A stretch of 64,000 nt of DNA from Eledone cirrhosa (lineage: Eukaryota). The translations under genes were made by a program, and so were the position numbers. Location: NCBI GenBank assembly GCA_964016885.1, contig OZ024745.1, forward strand, positions 16,182,001-16,246,000. The letters are read 5' to 3'. Below the pieces are notes generated by a model, which saw nothing but the letters and a program-made list of their open reading frames with translations, had not been told where the DNA came from and made no database searches. Below, one piece after another: positions 38,701 to 53,700 of this stretch (positions are counted from its first letter, which is position 1; each line of letters begins with the position of its first letter).

Positions 38701-41700
38701 TGACAGTGGTGGTTGTTGTTTGATGACAGTGGTGGTTGTTTGATGACAGTGGTGGTTGTTTGATGACAGTGGCTGTTGTTTGATGACAGTGGTGTTTGTT
38801 TGGTGACAGTGGTTGTGGTTTGATGACAGTGGTGGTTGTTTGATGACAGTGGTGGTTGTTGTTTGATGAAAGTAGTGGTTGTTTGATAACAGTGGTGGTT
38901 GTTTGATGACTGGGTGGTTGTTTGATGACAGTGCTGGTTATTTGATGACTGGGTGGTTGTTTGATGACAGTGGTTGTTGTTTGATGACAGTGGTGGTTGT
39001 TTGATGACTGGGTGGTTGTTTGATGACCGTGGTGGTTGTTTGATGACAGTGGTGGTTGTTTGATGACAGTGGTGGTTGTTTGATGACTGGGTGGTTGTTT
39101 GATGACAGTGTTTGTTGTTTGATGACAGTGGTGTTTGTTTGATGACTGGGTGGTTGTTTGATGACTGGGTGGTTGTTTGATGACAGTGGCTGTTGTTTGA
39201 TGACTGTGGTGGTTGTTTGATGACTGGGCGGTTGTTTGATGACAGTGGCTGTTGTTTGATGACTGTGGTAGTTGTTTGATGACTGGGTGGTTGTTTGATG
39301 ACTGGGTGGTTGTTTAATGACAGTGGCTGTTGTTTGATGACTGTGGTGGTTGTTTGATGACTGGGTGGTTGTTTGATGACAGTGGTTATTGTTTGATGAC
39401 AGTTGTGGTTGTTGATGACTGTGGTGGTTGTTTGATGACTGGGTGGTTGTTTGATGACAGTGGCTGTTGTTTGATGACTGTGGTGGTTGTTTGATGACTG
39501 GGTGGTTGTTTGATGACAGTGGTTGTTGTTTGATGACTGTGGTGGTTGTTTGATGACTGGGTGGTTGTTTGATGACAGTGGTTTTTGTTTGATGACTGGG
39601 TGGGTGTTTGATGACAGTGGTGGTTGTTTGAGGACAGTGGTGGTTGTTTGATGACAGTGGTGGTTGTTTGATGACTGGGTGGTTGTTTGATGACAGTGGT
39701 GCTTGTTTGATGACTGGGTGGTTGTTTGATGACTGTGGTGGTTGTTTGATGACTGGGTGGTTGTTTGATGACAGTGGTGGTTGTTTGATGACAGTGGTGG
39801 TTGTTTGATGACAGTGGTGGTTGTTTGATGACTGGGTGGTTGTTTGATGACAGTGTTTGTTGTTTGATGACAGTGGTGGTTGTTTGATGACTGGGTGGTT
39901 GTTTGATGACTGGGTGGTTGTTTGATGACAGTGGCTGTTGTTTGATGACTGTGGTGGTTGTTTGATGACTGGGCGGTTGTTTGATGACAGTGGCTGTTGT
40001 TTGATGACTGTGGTAATTGTTTGATGACTGGGTGGTTGTTTGATGACTGGGTGGTTGTTTAATGACAGTGGCTGTTGTTTGATGACTGTGGTGGTTGTTT
40101 GATGACTGGGTGGTTGTTTGATGACAGTGGTTATTTTTTGATGACTGTGGTGGTTGTTTGATGACTGTGGTGGTTGTTTGATGACTGGGTGGTTGTTTGA
40201 TGACAGTGGCTGTTGTTTGGTGACAGTGGTGGTTGTTTGATGACTGGGTGGTTGTTGTTTGATGATAATGATTGTTGTTTGATGACAGGGGTAGTTGTTT
40301 GATGACAGTGGTGGTTGTTTGATGACTGGGTGGTTGTTTTATGACAGTGGTGGTTGTTTGATGACTGGGTGGTTGTTTGATGACTGGTGGTTGTTTGATG
40401 ACAGTGGTGGTTGTTTGATGACAGTGGTGGTTGTTTGATGACAGTCGTGGTTGTTTGATGACAGTGGTGGTTGTTTGATGACTGGGTGGTTGTTGTTTGA
40501 TGACAATGTAAGTTGTTTGATGATAGTGGTGGTTGTTTGATGACAGTGGTGGTTGTTTGATGACTGGGTGGTTGTTTTATGACAGTGGTGGTTGTTTGAT
40601 GACTGGGTGGTTGTTTGATGACAGTGGTGGTTGTTTGATGACAGTGGTGGTTGTTTGATGACAGTGGTGGTTGTTTGATGACAGTAGTTGTTGTTTGATG
40701 ACAGTGGTGGTTGTTTGATGACTGGGTGGTTGTTTGATGACAGTGGTTGTTGTTTGATGTCAGTGGTGGTTGTTTGATGACAGTGGTGGCTGTTTGATGA
40801 CTGGGTGGTTGTTTGATGACAGTGGTGGTTGTTTGATGACTGGGTGGTTGTTTGATGACAGTGGTGGTTGTTTGATGACTGGGTGGTTGTTTGATGACAG
40901 TGGTGGTTGTTTGATGACAGTGGTGGTTGTTTGATGACAGTCGTGGTTGTTTGATGACTGGGTGGTTGTTTGATGACAGTGGCTGTTGTTTGATGACTGT
41001 GGTGGTTGTTTGATGACTGGGCGGTTGTTTGATGACAGTGGCTGTTGTTTGATGACTGTGGTAGTTGTTTGATGACTGGGTGGTTGTTTGATGACTGGGT
41101 GGTTGTTTAATGACAGTGGCTGTTGTTTGATGACTGTGGTGGTTGTTTGATGACTAAGTGGATGTTTGATGACAGTGGTTATTGTTTGATGACTGTGGTG
41201 GTTGTTTGATGACTGTGGTGGTTGTTTGATGACTGGGTGGTTGTTTGATGACAGTGGCTGTTGTTTGGTGACAGTGGTGGTTGTTTGATGACTGGGTGGT
41301 TGTTGTTTGATGATAATGATTGTTGTTTGATGACAGGGGTGGTTGTTTGATGACAGTCGTGGTTGTTTGATGACTGGGTGGTTGTTTTATGACAGTGGTG
41401 GTTGTTTGATGACTGGGTGGTTGTTTGATGACAGTGGTGGTTGTTTGATGACAGTGGTGGTTGTTTGATGACAGTGGTGGTTGTTTGATGACAGTGGTGG
41501 TTGTTTGATGACAGTGGTGGTTGTTTGATGACTGGGTGGTTGTTGTTTGATGACAATGTAAGTTGTTTGATGATAGTGGTGGTTGTTTGATGACAGTGGT
41601 GGTTGTTTGATGACTGGCTGGTTGTTTTATGACAGTGGTGGTTGTTTGATGACTGGGTGGTTGTTTGATGACAGTGGTGGTTGTTTGATGACAGTGGTGG

Positions 41701-44700
41701 TTGTTTGATGACAGTGGTGGTTGTTTGATGACAGTAGTTGTTGTTTGATGACAGTGGTGGTTGTTTGATGACTGGGTGGTTGTTTGATGACAGTGGTTGT
41801 TGTTTGATGACAGTGGTGGTTGTTTGATGACAGTGGTGGCTGTTTGATGACTGGGTGGTTGTTTGATGACAGTGGTGGTTGTTTGATGACAGTGGTGGTT
41901 GTTTGATGACAGTGGTGGTTATTTGATGACTGGGTGGTTGTTTGATGACTGGGTGGTTGTTTGATGACAGTGGTGGTTGTTTGATGACTGGGTGGTTGTT
42001 TGATGACAGTGGTGGTTGTTTGATGACTGGGTGGTTGTTTGATGACAGTGGTGGTTGTTTGATGACAGTGGTGGTTGTTTGATGACTGGGTGGTTGTTTG
42101 ATGACAGTGGTGGTTGTTTGATGACTGGGTGGTTGTTTGATGACTGGGTGGTTGTTTGATGACAGTGGTGGTTGTTTGATGACTGGGTGGTTGTTTGATG
42201 ACTGGGTGGTTGTTTGATGACAGTGGTGGTTGTTTGATGACTGGGTGGTTGTTTGATGACTGGGTGGTTGTTTGATGACAGTGGTGGTTGTTTGATGACT
42301 GGGTGGTTGTTTGATGACAGTGGTGGTTGTTTGATGACTGGGTGGTTGTTTGATGACAGTGGTGGTTGTTTGATGACAGTGGTGGTTGTTTGATGACAGT
42401 GGTGGTTGTTTGATGACTGGGTGGTTGTTTGATGACAGTGTTTGTTGTTTGATGACAGTGGTGGTTGTTTGATGACTGGGTGGTTGTTTGATGACTGGGT
42501 GGTTGTTTGATGACAGTGGCTGTTGTTTGATGACTGTGGTGGTTGTTTGATGACTGGGCGGTTGTTTGATGACAGTGGCTGTTGTTTGATGACTGTGGTA
42601 GTTGTTTGATGACTGGGTGGTTGTTTGATGTCTGGGTGGTTGTTTAATGACAGTGGCTGTTGTTCGATGACTGTGGTGGTTGTTTGATGACTGGGTGGTT
42701 GTTTGATGACAGTGGTTATTGTTTGATGACTGTGGTGGTTGTTTGATGACTGTGGTGGTTGTTTGATGACTGGGTGGTTGTTTGATGACAGTGGCTGTTG
42801 TTTGGTGACAGTGGTGGTTGTTTGATGACTGGGTGGTTGTTGTTTGATGATAATGATTGTTGTTTGATGACAGTGGTGGTTGTTTGATGACAGTGGTGGT
42901 TGTTTGATGACTGGGTGGTTGTTTTATGACAGTGGTGGTTGTTTGATGACTTGGTGGTTGTTTGATGACAGTGGTGGTTGTTTGATGACAGTGGTGGTTG
43001 TTTGATGACAGTGGTGGTTGTTTGATGACAGTGGTGGTTGTTCGATGACAGTGGTGGTTGTTTGATGACTGGGTGGTTGTTGTTTGATGACAATGTAAGT
43101 TGTTTGATGATAGTGGTGGTTGTTTGATGACAGTGGTGGTTGTTTGATGACTGGGTGGTTGTTTTATGACAGTGGTGGTTGTTTGATGACTGGGTGGTTG
43201 TTTGATGACAGTGGTGGTTGTTTGATGACAGTAGTTGTTGTTTGATGACAGTGGTGGTTGTTTCATGACTGGGTGGTTGTTGTTTGATGACAGTGGTGGT
43301 TGTTTGATGACAGTTGTGGCTGTTTGATGACTGGGTGGTTGTTGTATGACAGTGGTGGTTGTTTGATGACAGTGGTGGTTGTTTGATGACTGGGTGGTTG
43401 TTTGACGACTGGGTGGTTGTTTGATGACTGGGTGGTTGTTTGATGACAGTGGTTGTTGTTTGATGACAGTGGTGGTTGTTTGATGACAGTGGTGGTTGTT
43501 GTTTAATGACAGTGGTGGTTGTTTGATGACAGTGGTGGTTGTTGTTTGATGACAGTGGTGGTTGTTTGATGACAGTGGTGGTTGTTTGATGACAGTGGCT
43601 GTTGTTTGATGACAGTGGTGTTTGTTTGGTGACAGTGGTTGTGGTTTGATGACAGTGGTGGTTGTTTGATGACAGTGGTGGTTGTTGTTTGATGAAAGTA
43701 GTGGTTGTTTGATAACAGTGGTGGTTGTTTGATGACTGGGTGGTTGTTTGATGACAGTGCTGGTTATTTGATGACTGGGTGGTTGTTTGATGACAGTGGT
43801 TGTTGTTTGATGACAGTGGTGGTTGTTTGATGACTGGGTGGTTGTTTGATGACCGTGGTGGTTGTTTGATGACAGTGGTGGTTGTTTGATGACAGTGGTG
43901 GTTGTTTGATGACTGGGTGGTTGTTTGATGACAGTGTTTGTTGTTTGATGACAGTGGTGTTTGTTTGATGACTGGGTGGTTGTTTGATGACTGGGTGGTT
44001 GTTTGATGACAGTGGCTGTTGTTTGATGAATGTGGTGGTTGTTTGATGACTGGGCGGTTGTTTGATGACAGTGGCTGTTGTTTGATGACTGTGGTAGTTG
44101 TTTGATGACTGGGTGGTTGTTTGATGACTGGGTGGTTGTTTAATGACAGTGGCTGTTGTTTGATGACTGTGGTGGTTGTTTGATGACTGGGTGGTTGTTT
44201 GATGACAGTGGTTATTGTTTGATGACAGTTGTGGTTGTTTGATGACTGTGGTGGTTGTTTGATGACTGGGTGGTTGTTTGATGACAGTGGCTGTTGTTTG
44301 ATGACTGTGGTGGTTGTTTGATGACTGGGTGGTTGTTTGATGACAGTGGTTGTTGTTTGATGACTGTGGTGGTTGTTTGATGACTGGGTGGTTGTTTGAT
44401 GACAGTGGTTTTTGTTTGATGACTGGGTGGGTGTTTGATGACAGTGGTGGTTGTTTGAGGACAGTGGTGGTTGTTTGATGACAGTGGTGGTTGTTTGATG
44501 ACTGGGTGGTTGTTTGATGACAGTGGTGCTTGTTTGATGACTGGGTGGTTGTTTGATGACTGTGGTGGTTGTTTGATGACTGGGTGGTTGTTTGATGACA
44601 GTGGTGGTTGTTTGATGACAGTGGTGGTTGTTTGATGACAGTGGTGGTTGTTTGATGACTGGGTGGTTGTTTGATGACAGTGTTTGTTGTTTGATGACAG

Positions 44701-47700
44701 TGGTGGTTGTTTGATGACTGGGTGGTTGTTTGATGACTGGGTGGTTGTTTGATGACAGTGGCTGTTGTTTGATGACTGTGGTGGTTGTTTGATGACTGGG
44801 CGGTTGTTTGATGACAGTGGCTGTTGTTTGATGACTGTGGTAATTGTTTGATGACTGGGTGGTTGTTTGATGACTGGGTGGTTGTTTAATGACAGTGGCT
44901 GTTGTTTGATGACTGTGGTGGTTGTTTGATGACTGGGTGGTTGTTTGATGACAGTGGTTATTTTTTGATGACTGTGGTGGTTGTTTGATGACTGTGGTGG
45001 TTGTTTGATGACTGGGTGGTTGTTTGATGACAGTGGCTGTTGTTTGGTGACAGTGGTGGTTGTTTGATGACTGGGTGGTTGTTGTTTGATGATAATGATT
45101 GTTGTTTGATGACAGGGGTAGTTGTTTGATGACAGTGGTGGTTGTTTGATGACTGGGTGGTTGTTTTATGACAGTGGTGGTTGTTTGATGACTGGGTGGT
45201 TGTTTGATGACTGGTGGTTGTTTGATGACAGTGGTGGTTGTTTGATGACAGTGGTGGTTGTTTGATGACAGTCGTGGTTGTTTGATGACAGTGGTGGTTG
45301 TTTGATGACTGGGTGGTTGTTGTTTGATGACAATGTAAGTTGTTTGATGATAGTGGTGGTTGTTTGATGACAGTGGTGGTTGTTTGATGACTGGGTGGTT
45401 GTTTTATGACAGTGGTGGTTGTTTGATGACTGGGTGGTTGTTTGATGACAGTGGTGGTTGTTTGATGACAGTGGTGGTTGTTTGATGACAGTGGTGGTTG
45501 TTTGATGACTGGGTGGTTGTTTGATGACAGTGGTTGTTGTTTGATGTCAGTGGTGGTTGTTTGATGACAGTGGTGGCTGTTTGATGACTGGGTGGTTGTT
45601 TGATGACAGTGGTGGTTGTTTGATGACAGTGGTGGTTGTTTGATGACAGTGGTGGTTGTTTGATGACTGGGTGGTTGTTTGATGACTGGGTGGTTGTTTG
45701 ATGACAGTGGTGGTTGTTTGATGACTGGGTGGTTGTTTGATGACAGTGGTGGTTGTTTGATGACTGGGTGGTTGTTTGATGACAGTGGTGGTTGTTTGAT
45801 GACAGTGGTGGTTGTTTGATGACTGGGTGGTTGTTTGATGACAGTGGTGTTTGTTTGATGACTGGGTGGTTGTTTGATGACTGGGTGGTTGTTTGATGAC
45901 GGTGGTGGTTGTTTGATGACTGGGTGGTTGTTTGATGACAGTGGTGGTTGTTTGATGACAGTGGTGGTTGTTTGATGACAGTGGTGGTTGTTTGATGACT
46001 GGGTGGTTGTTTGATGACAGTGTTTGTTGTTTGATGACAGTGGTGGTTGTTTGATGACTGGGTGGTTGTTTGATGACTGGGTGGTTGTTTGATGACAGTG
46101 GCTGTTGTTTGATGACTGTGGTGGTTGTTTGATGACTGGGCGGTTGTTTGATGACTGGGTGGCTGTTGTTTGATGACTGTGGTAGTTGTTTGATGACTGG
46201 GTGGTTGTTTGATGACTGGGTGGTTGTTTAATGACAGTGGCTGTTGTTTGATGACTGTGGTGGTTGTTTGATGACTGGGTGGTTGTTTGATGACAGTGGT
46301 TATTGTTTGATGACTGTGGTGGTTGTTTGATGACTGTGGTGGTTGTTTGATGACTGGGTGGTTGTTTGATGACAGTGGCTGTTGTTTGGTGACAGTGGTG
46401 GTTGTTTGATGACTGGGTGGTTGTTGTTTGATGATAATGATTGTTGTTTGATGACAGGGGTGGTTGTTTGATGACAGTGGTGGTTGTTTGATGACTGGGT
46501 GGTTGTTTTATGACAGTGGTGGTTGTTTGATGACTGGGTGGTTGTTTGATGACAGTGGTGGTTGTTTGATGACAGTGGTGGTTGTTTGATGACAGTGGTG
46601 GTTGTTTGATGACAGTAGTTGTTGGTTGATGACAGTGGTGGTTGTTTGATGACTGGGTGGTTGTTTGATGACAGTGGTTGTTGTTTGATGACAGTGGTGG
46701 TTGTTTGATGACAGTGGTGGCTGTTTGATGACTGGGTGGTTGTTTGATGACAGTGGTGGTTGTTTGATGACAGTGGTGGTTGTTTGATGACAGTGGTGGT
46801 TGTTTGATGACTGGGTGGTTGTTTGATGACTGGGTGGTTGTTTGATAACAGTGGTGGTTGTTTGATGACTGGGTGGTTGTTTGATGACAGTGGTGGTTGT
46901 TTGATGACAGTGGTGGTTGTTTGATGACTGGGTGGTTGTTTGATGACAGTGGTGGTTGTTTGATGACTGGGTGGTTGTTTGATGACTGGGTGGTTGTTTG
47001 ATGACAGTGGTGGTTGTTTGATGACTGGGTGGTTGTTTGATGACAGTGGTGGTTGTTTGATGACAGTGGTGGTTGTTTGATGACAGTGGTGGTTGTTTGA
47101 TGACTGGGTGGTTGTTTGATGACTGGGTGGTTGTTTGATGACAGTGGTGGTTGTTTGATGACTGGGTGGTTGTTTGATGACAGTGGTGGTTGTTTGATGA
47201 CTGGGTGGTTGTTTGATGACAGTGGTGGTTGTTTGATGACAGTGGTGGTTGTTTGATGACAGTGGTGGTTGTTTGATGACAGTGGTGGTTGTTTGATGAC
47301 AGTAGTTGTTGTTTGATGACAGTGGTGGTTGTTTCATGACTGGGTGGTTGTTGTTTGATGACAGTGGTGGTTGTTTGATGACAGTGGTGGCTGTTTGATG
47401 ACTGGGTGGTTGTTTGATGACAGTGGTGGTTGTTTGATGACAGTGGTGGTTGTTTGATGACTGGGTGGTTGTTTGATGACTGGGTGGTTGTTTGATGACA
47501 GTGGTGGTTGTTTGATGACTGGGTGGTTGTTTGATGACAGTGGTGGTTGTTTGATGACTGGGTGGTTGTTTGATGACAGTGGTGGTTGTTTGATGACAGT
47601 GGTGGTTGTTTGATGACTGGGTGGTTGTTTGATGACAGTGGTGGTTGTTTGATGACTGGGTGGTTGTTTGATGACTGGGTGGTTGTTTGATGACAGTGGT

Positions 47701-50700
47701 GGTTGTTTGATGACTGGGTGGTTGTTTGATGACAGTGGTGGTTGTTTGATGACAGTGGTGGTTGTTTGATGACAGTGGTGGTTGTTTGATGACTGGGTGG
47801 TTGTTTGATGACTGGGTGGTTGTTTGATGACAGTGGTGGTTGTTTGATGACTGGGTGGTTGTTTGATGACAGTGGTGGTTGTTTGATGACTGGGTGGTTG
47901 TTTGATGACAGTGGTGGTTGTTTGATGACAGTGGTGGTTGTTTGATGACAGTCGTGGTTATTTGATGACTGGGTGGTTGTTTGATGACAGTGGCTGTTGT
48001 TTGATGACTGTGGTGGTTGTTTGATGACAGTGGTGGTTGTTTGATGACAGTGGTGGTTGTTTGATGACAGTGGTGGTTGTTTGATGACTGGGTGGTTGTT
48101 TGATGACTGGGTGGTTGTTTGATGACAGTGGTGGTTGTTTGATGACTGGGTGGTTGTTTGATGACAGTGGTGGTTGTTTGATGACTGGGTGGTTGTTTGA
48201 TGACAGTGGTGGTTGTTTGATGACAGTGGTGGTTGTTTGATGACAGTGGTGGTTGTTTGATGACTGGGTGGTTGTTTGATGACAGTGTTTGTTTTTTGAT
48301 GACAGTGGTGGTTGTTTGATGACTGGGTGGTTGTTTGATGACTGGGCGGTTGTTTGATGACAGTGGCTGTTGTTTGATGACTGTGGTAGTTGTTTGATGA
48401 CTGGGTGGTTGTTTGATGTCTGGGTGGTTGTTTAATGACAGTGGCTGTTGTTTGATGACTGTGGTGGTTGTTTGATGACTGGGTGGTTGTTTGATGACAG
48501 TGGTGGTTGTTTTATGACAGTGGTGGTTGTTTGATGACTGGGTGGTTGTTTGATGACAGTGGCTGTTGTTTGGTGACAGTGGTGGTTGTTTGATGATAAT
48601 GATTGTTGTTTGATGACAGTGGTGGTTGTTTGATGACAGTGGTGGTTGTTTGATGACTGGGTGGTTGTTTTATGACAGTGGTGGTTGTTTGATGACTGGG
48701 TGGTTGTTTGATGACAGTGGTGGTTGTTTGATGACAGTGGTGGTTGTTTGATGACAGTGGTGGTTGTTTGATGACAGTGGTGGTTGTTTGATGACAGTGG
48801 TGGTTGTTTGATGACTGGGTGATTGTTGTTTGATGACTGGGTGGGTGTTTGATGATTGGGTGGTTGTTTGGTGACAGTGGTGGTTGTTTGATGATAATGA
48901 TTGTTGTTTGATGACAGTGGTGGTTGTTTGATGACAGTGGTGGTTGTTTGATGACTGGGTGGTTGTTTTATGACAGTGGTGGTTGTTTGATGACTGGGTG
49001 GTTGTTTGATGACTAGGTGGTTGTTGTTTGATGACTGGGTGGGTGTTGTTTGATGACTGGGTGGTTGTTTGATGACTGGGTGGCTGTTGTTTGATGACTG
49101 GGTGGTAGTTTGATGATTGGGTGGTTGTTGTTTCATGATTGGGAGGTTGTTTGATGACTGGGTGGGTGTTTGATGATTGGGTGGGTGTTGTTTGATGACT
49201 GGGCGGTTGTTTGATGACTGGGTGGGTGTTGTTTGATGACTGGGTGGTTGTTTCATGGCAGTAGTTGTTGTTTGGTGACAGTGGTGGTTGTTTGATGACT
49301 GGGTGGTTGTTGTTTGATAATAATGATTGTTGTTTGATGACAGTGGTGGTTGTTTGATGACAGTGGTGGTTGTTTGATGACTGGGTGGTTGTTTTATGAC
49401 AGTGGTGGTTGTTTGATGACTGGGTGGTTGTTTGATGACAGTGGTGGTTGTTTGATGACAGTGGTGGTTGTTTGATGACAGTGGTGGTTGTTTGATGACT
49501 GGGTGGTTGTTGTTTGATGACAATGTAAGTTGTTTGATGATAGTGGTGGTTGTTTGATGACAGTGGTGGTTGTTTGATGACTGGGTGGTTGTTTTACGAC
49601 AGTGGTGGTTGTTTGATGACTGGGTGGTTGTTTGATGACAGTGGTGGTTGTTTGATGACAGTGGTGGTTGTTTGATGACAGTGGTGGTTGTTTGATGACA
49701 GTAGTTGTTGTTTGATGACAGTGGTGGTTGTTTCATGACTGGGTGGTTGTTGTTTGATGACAGTGGTGGTTGTTTGATGACAGTGGTGGCTGTTTGATGA
49801 CTGGGTGGTTGTTTGATGACTGGGTGGTTGTTTGATGACAGTGGTGGTTGTTTGATGACTGGGTGGTTGTTTGATGACAGTGGTGGTTGTTTGATGACTG
49901 GGTGGTTGTTTGATGACAGTGGTGGTTGTTTGATGACAGTGGTGGTTGTTTGATGACTGGGTGGTTGTTTGATGACAGTGGTGGTTGTTTGATGACTGGG
50001 TGGTTGTTTGATGACTGGGTGGTTGTTTGATGACAGTGGTGGTTGTTTGATGACTGGGTGGTTGTTTGATGACAGTGGTGGTTGTTTGATGACAGTGGTG
50101 GTTGTTTGATGACAGTGGTGGTTGTTTGATGACTGGGTGGTTGTTTGATGACTGGGTGGTTGTTTGATGACAGTGGTGGTTGTTTGATGACTGGGTGGTT
50201 GTTTGATGACAGTGGTGGTTGTTTGATGACTGGGTGGTTGTTTGATGACAGTGGTGGTTGTTTGATGACAGTGGTGGTTGTTTGATGACAGTGGTGGTTG
50301 TTTGATGACTGGGTGGTTGTTTGATGACAGTGTTTGTTGTTTGATGACAGTGGTGGTTGTTTGATGACTGGGTGGTTGTTTGATGACTGGGTGGTTGTTT
50401 GATGACAGTGGCTGTTGTTTGATGACTGTGGTGGTTGTTTGATGACTGGGCGGTTGTTTGATGACTGGGTGGCTGTTGTTTGATGACTGTGGTAGTTGTT
50501 TGATGACTGGGTGGTTGTTTGATGACTGGGTGGTTGTTTAATGACAGTGGCTGTTGTTTGATGACTGTGGTGGTTGTTTGATGACTGGGTGGTTGTTTGA
50601 TGACAGTGGTTATTGTTTGATGACTGTGGTGGTTGTTTGATGACTGTGGTGGTTGTTTGATGACTGGGTGGTTGTTTGATGACAGTGGCTGTTGTTTGGT

Positions 50701-53700
50701 GACAGTGGTGGTTGTTTGATGACTGGGTGGTTGTTGTTTGATGATAATGATTGTTGTTTGATGACAGGGGTGGTTGTTTGATGACAGTGGTGGTTGTTTG
50801 ATGACTGGGTGGTTGTTTTATGACAGTGGTGGTTGTTTGATGACTGGGTGGTTGTTTGATGACAGTGGTGGTTGTTTGATGACAGTGGTGGTTGTTTGAT
50901 GACAGTGGTGGTTGTTTGATGATAGTGGTGGTTGTTTGATGACAGTGGTGGTTGTTTGATGACTGGGTGGTTGTTGTTTGATGACAATGTAAGTTGTTTG
51001 ATGATAGTGGTGGTTGTTTGATGACAGTGGTGGTTGTTTGATGACTGGGTGGTTGTTTTATGACAGTGGTGGTTGTTTGATGACTGGGTGGTTGTTTGAT
51101 GACAGTGGTGGTTGTTTGATGACAGTGGTGGTTGTTTGATGACAGTGGTGGTTGTTTGATGACAGTAGTTGTTGGTTGATGACAGTGGTGGTTGTTTGAT
51201 GACTGGGTGGTTGTTTGATGACAGTGGTTGTTGTTTGATGACAGTGGTGGTTGTTTGATGACAGTGGTGGCTGTTTGATGACTGGGTGGTTGTTTGATGA
51301 CAGTGGTGGTTGTTTGATGACAGTGGTGGTTGTTTGATGACAGTGGTGGTTGTTTGATGACTGGGTGGTTGTTTGATGACTGGGTGGTTGTTTGATAACA
51401 GTGGTGGTTGTTTGATGACTGGGTGGTTGTTTGATGACAGTGGTGGTTGTTTGATGACAGTGGTGGTTGTTTGATGACTGGGTGGTTGTTTGATGACAGT
51501 GGTGGTTGTTTGATGACTGGGTGGTTGTTTGATGACTGGGTGGTTGTTTGATGACAGTGGTGGTTGTTTGATGACTGGGTGGTTGTTTGATGACAGTGGT
51601 GGTTGTTTGATGACAGTGGTGGTTGTTTGATGACAGTGGTGGTTGTTTGATGACTGGGTGGTTGTTTGATGACTGGGTGGTTGTTTGATGACAGTGGTGG
51701 TTGTTTGATGACTGGGTGGTTGTTTGATGACAGTGGTGGTTGTTTGATGACTGGGTGGTTGTTTGATGACAGTGGTGGTTGTTTGATGACAGTGGTGGTT
51801 GTTTGATGACAGTGGTGGTTGTTTGATGACAGTGGTGGTTGTTTGATGACAGTAGTTGTTGTTTGATGACAGTGGTGGTTGTTTCATGACTGGGTGGTTG
51901 TTGTTTGATGACAGTGGTGGTTGTTTGATGACAGTGGTGGCTGTTTGATGACTGGGTGGTTGTTTGATGACAGTGGTGGTTGTTTGATGACAGTGGTGGT
52001 TGTTTGATGACAGTGGTGGTTGTTTGATGACTGGGTGGTTGTTTGATGACTGGGTGGTTGTTTGATGACAGTGGTGGTTGTTTGATGACTGGGTGGTTGT
52101 TTGATGACAGTGGTGGTTGTTTGATGACTGGGTGGTTGTTTGATGACAGTGGTGGTTGTTTGATGACAGTGGTGGTTGTTTGATGACTGGGTGGTTGTTT
52201 GATGACAGTGGTGGTTGTTTGATGACTGGGTGGTTGTTTGATGACTGGGTGGTTGTTTGATGACAGTGGTGGTTGTTTGATGACTGGGTGGTTGTTTGAT
52301 GACAGTGGTGGTTGTTTGATGACAGTGGTGGTTGTTTGATGACAGTGGTGGTTGTTTGATGACTGGGTGGTTGTTTGATGACTGGGTGGTTGTTTGATGA
52401 CAGTGGTGGTTGTTTGATGACTGGGTGGTTGTTTGATGACAGTGGTGGTTGTTTGATGACTGGGTGGTTGTTTGATGACAGTGGTGGTTGTTTGATGACA
52501 GTGGTGGTTGTTTGATGACAGTCGTGGTTGTTTGATGACTGGGTGGTTGTTTGATGACAGTGGCTGTTCTTTGATGACTGTGGTGGTTGTTTGATGACAG
52601 TGGTGGTTGTTTGATGACAGTGGTGGTTGTTTGATGACAGTGGTGGTTGTTTGATGACTGGGTGGTTGTTTGATGACTGGGTGGTTGTTTGATGACAGTG
52701 GTGGTTGTTTGATGACTGGGTGGTTGTTTGATGACAGTGGTGGTTGTTTGATGACTGGGTGGTTGTTTGATGACAGTGGTGGTTGTTTGATGACAGTGGT
52801 GGTTGTTTGATGACAGTGGTGGTTGTTTGATGACTGGGTGGTTGTTTGATGACAGTGTTTGTTTTTTGATGACAGTGGTGGTTGTTTGATGACTGGGTGG
52901 TTGTTTGATGACTGGGCGGTTGTTTGATGACAGTGGCTGTTGTTTGATGACTGTGGTAGTTGTTTGATGACTGGGTGGTTGTTTGATGTCTGGGTGGTTG
53001 TTTAATGACAGTGGCTGTTGTTTGATGACTGTGGTGGTTGTTTGATGACTGGGTGGTTGTTTGATGACAGTGGTGGTTGTTTTATGACAGTGGTGGTTGT
53101 TTGATGACTGGGTGGTTGTTTGATGACAGTGGCTGTTGTTTGGTGACAGTGGTGGTTGTTTGATGATAATGATTGTTGTTTGATGACAGTGGTGGTTGTT
53201 TGATGACAGTGGTGGTTGTTTGATGACTGGGTGGTTGTTTTATGACAGTGGTGGTTGTTTGATGACTGGGTGGTTGTTTGATGACAGTGGTGGTTGTTTG
53301 ATGACAGTGGTGGTTGTTTGATGACAGTGGTGGTTGTTTGATGACAGTGGTGGTTGTTTGATGACAGTGGTGGTTGTTTGATGACTGGGTGATTGTTGTT
53401 TGATGACTGGGTGGGTGTTTGATGATTGGGTGGTTGTTTGGTGACAGTGGTGGTTGTTTGATGATAATGATTGTTGTTTGATGACAGTGGTGGTTGTTTG
53501 ATGACAGTGGTGGTTGTTTGATGACTGGGTGGTTGTTTTATGACAGTGGTGGTTGTTTGATGACTGGGTGGTTGTTTGATGACTAGGTGGTTGTTGTTTG
53601 ATGACTGGGTGGGTGTTGTTTGATGACTGGGTGGTTGTTTGATGACTGGGTGGCTGTTGTTTGATGACTGGGTGGTAGTTTGATGATTGGGTGGTTGTTG

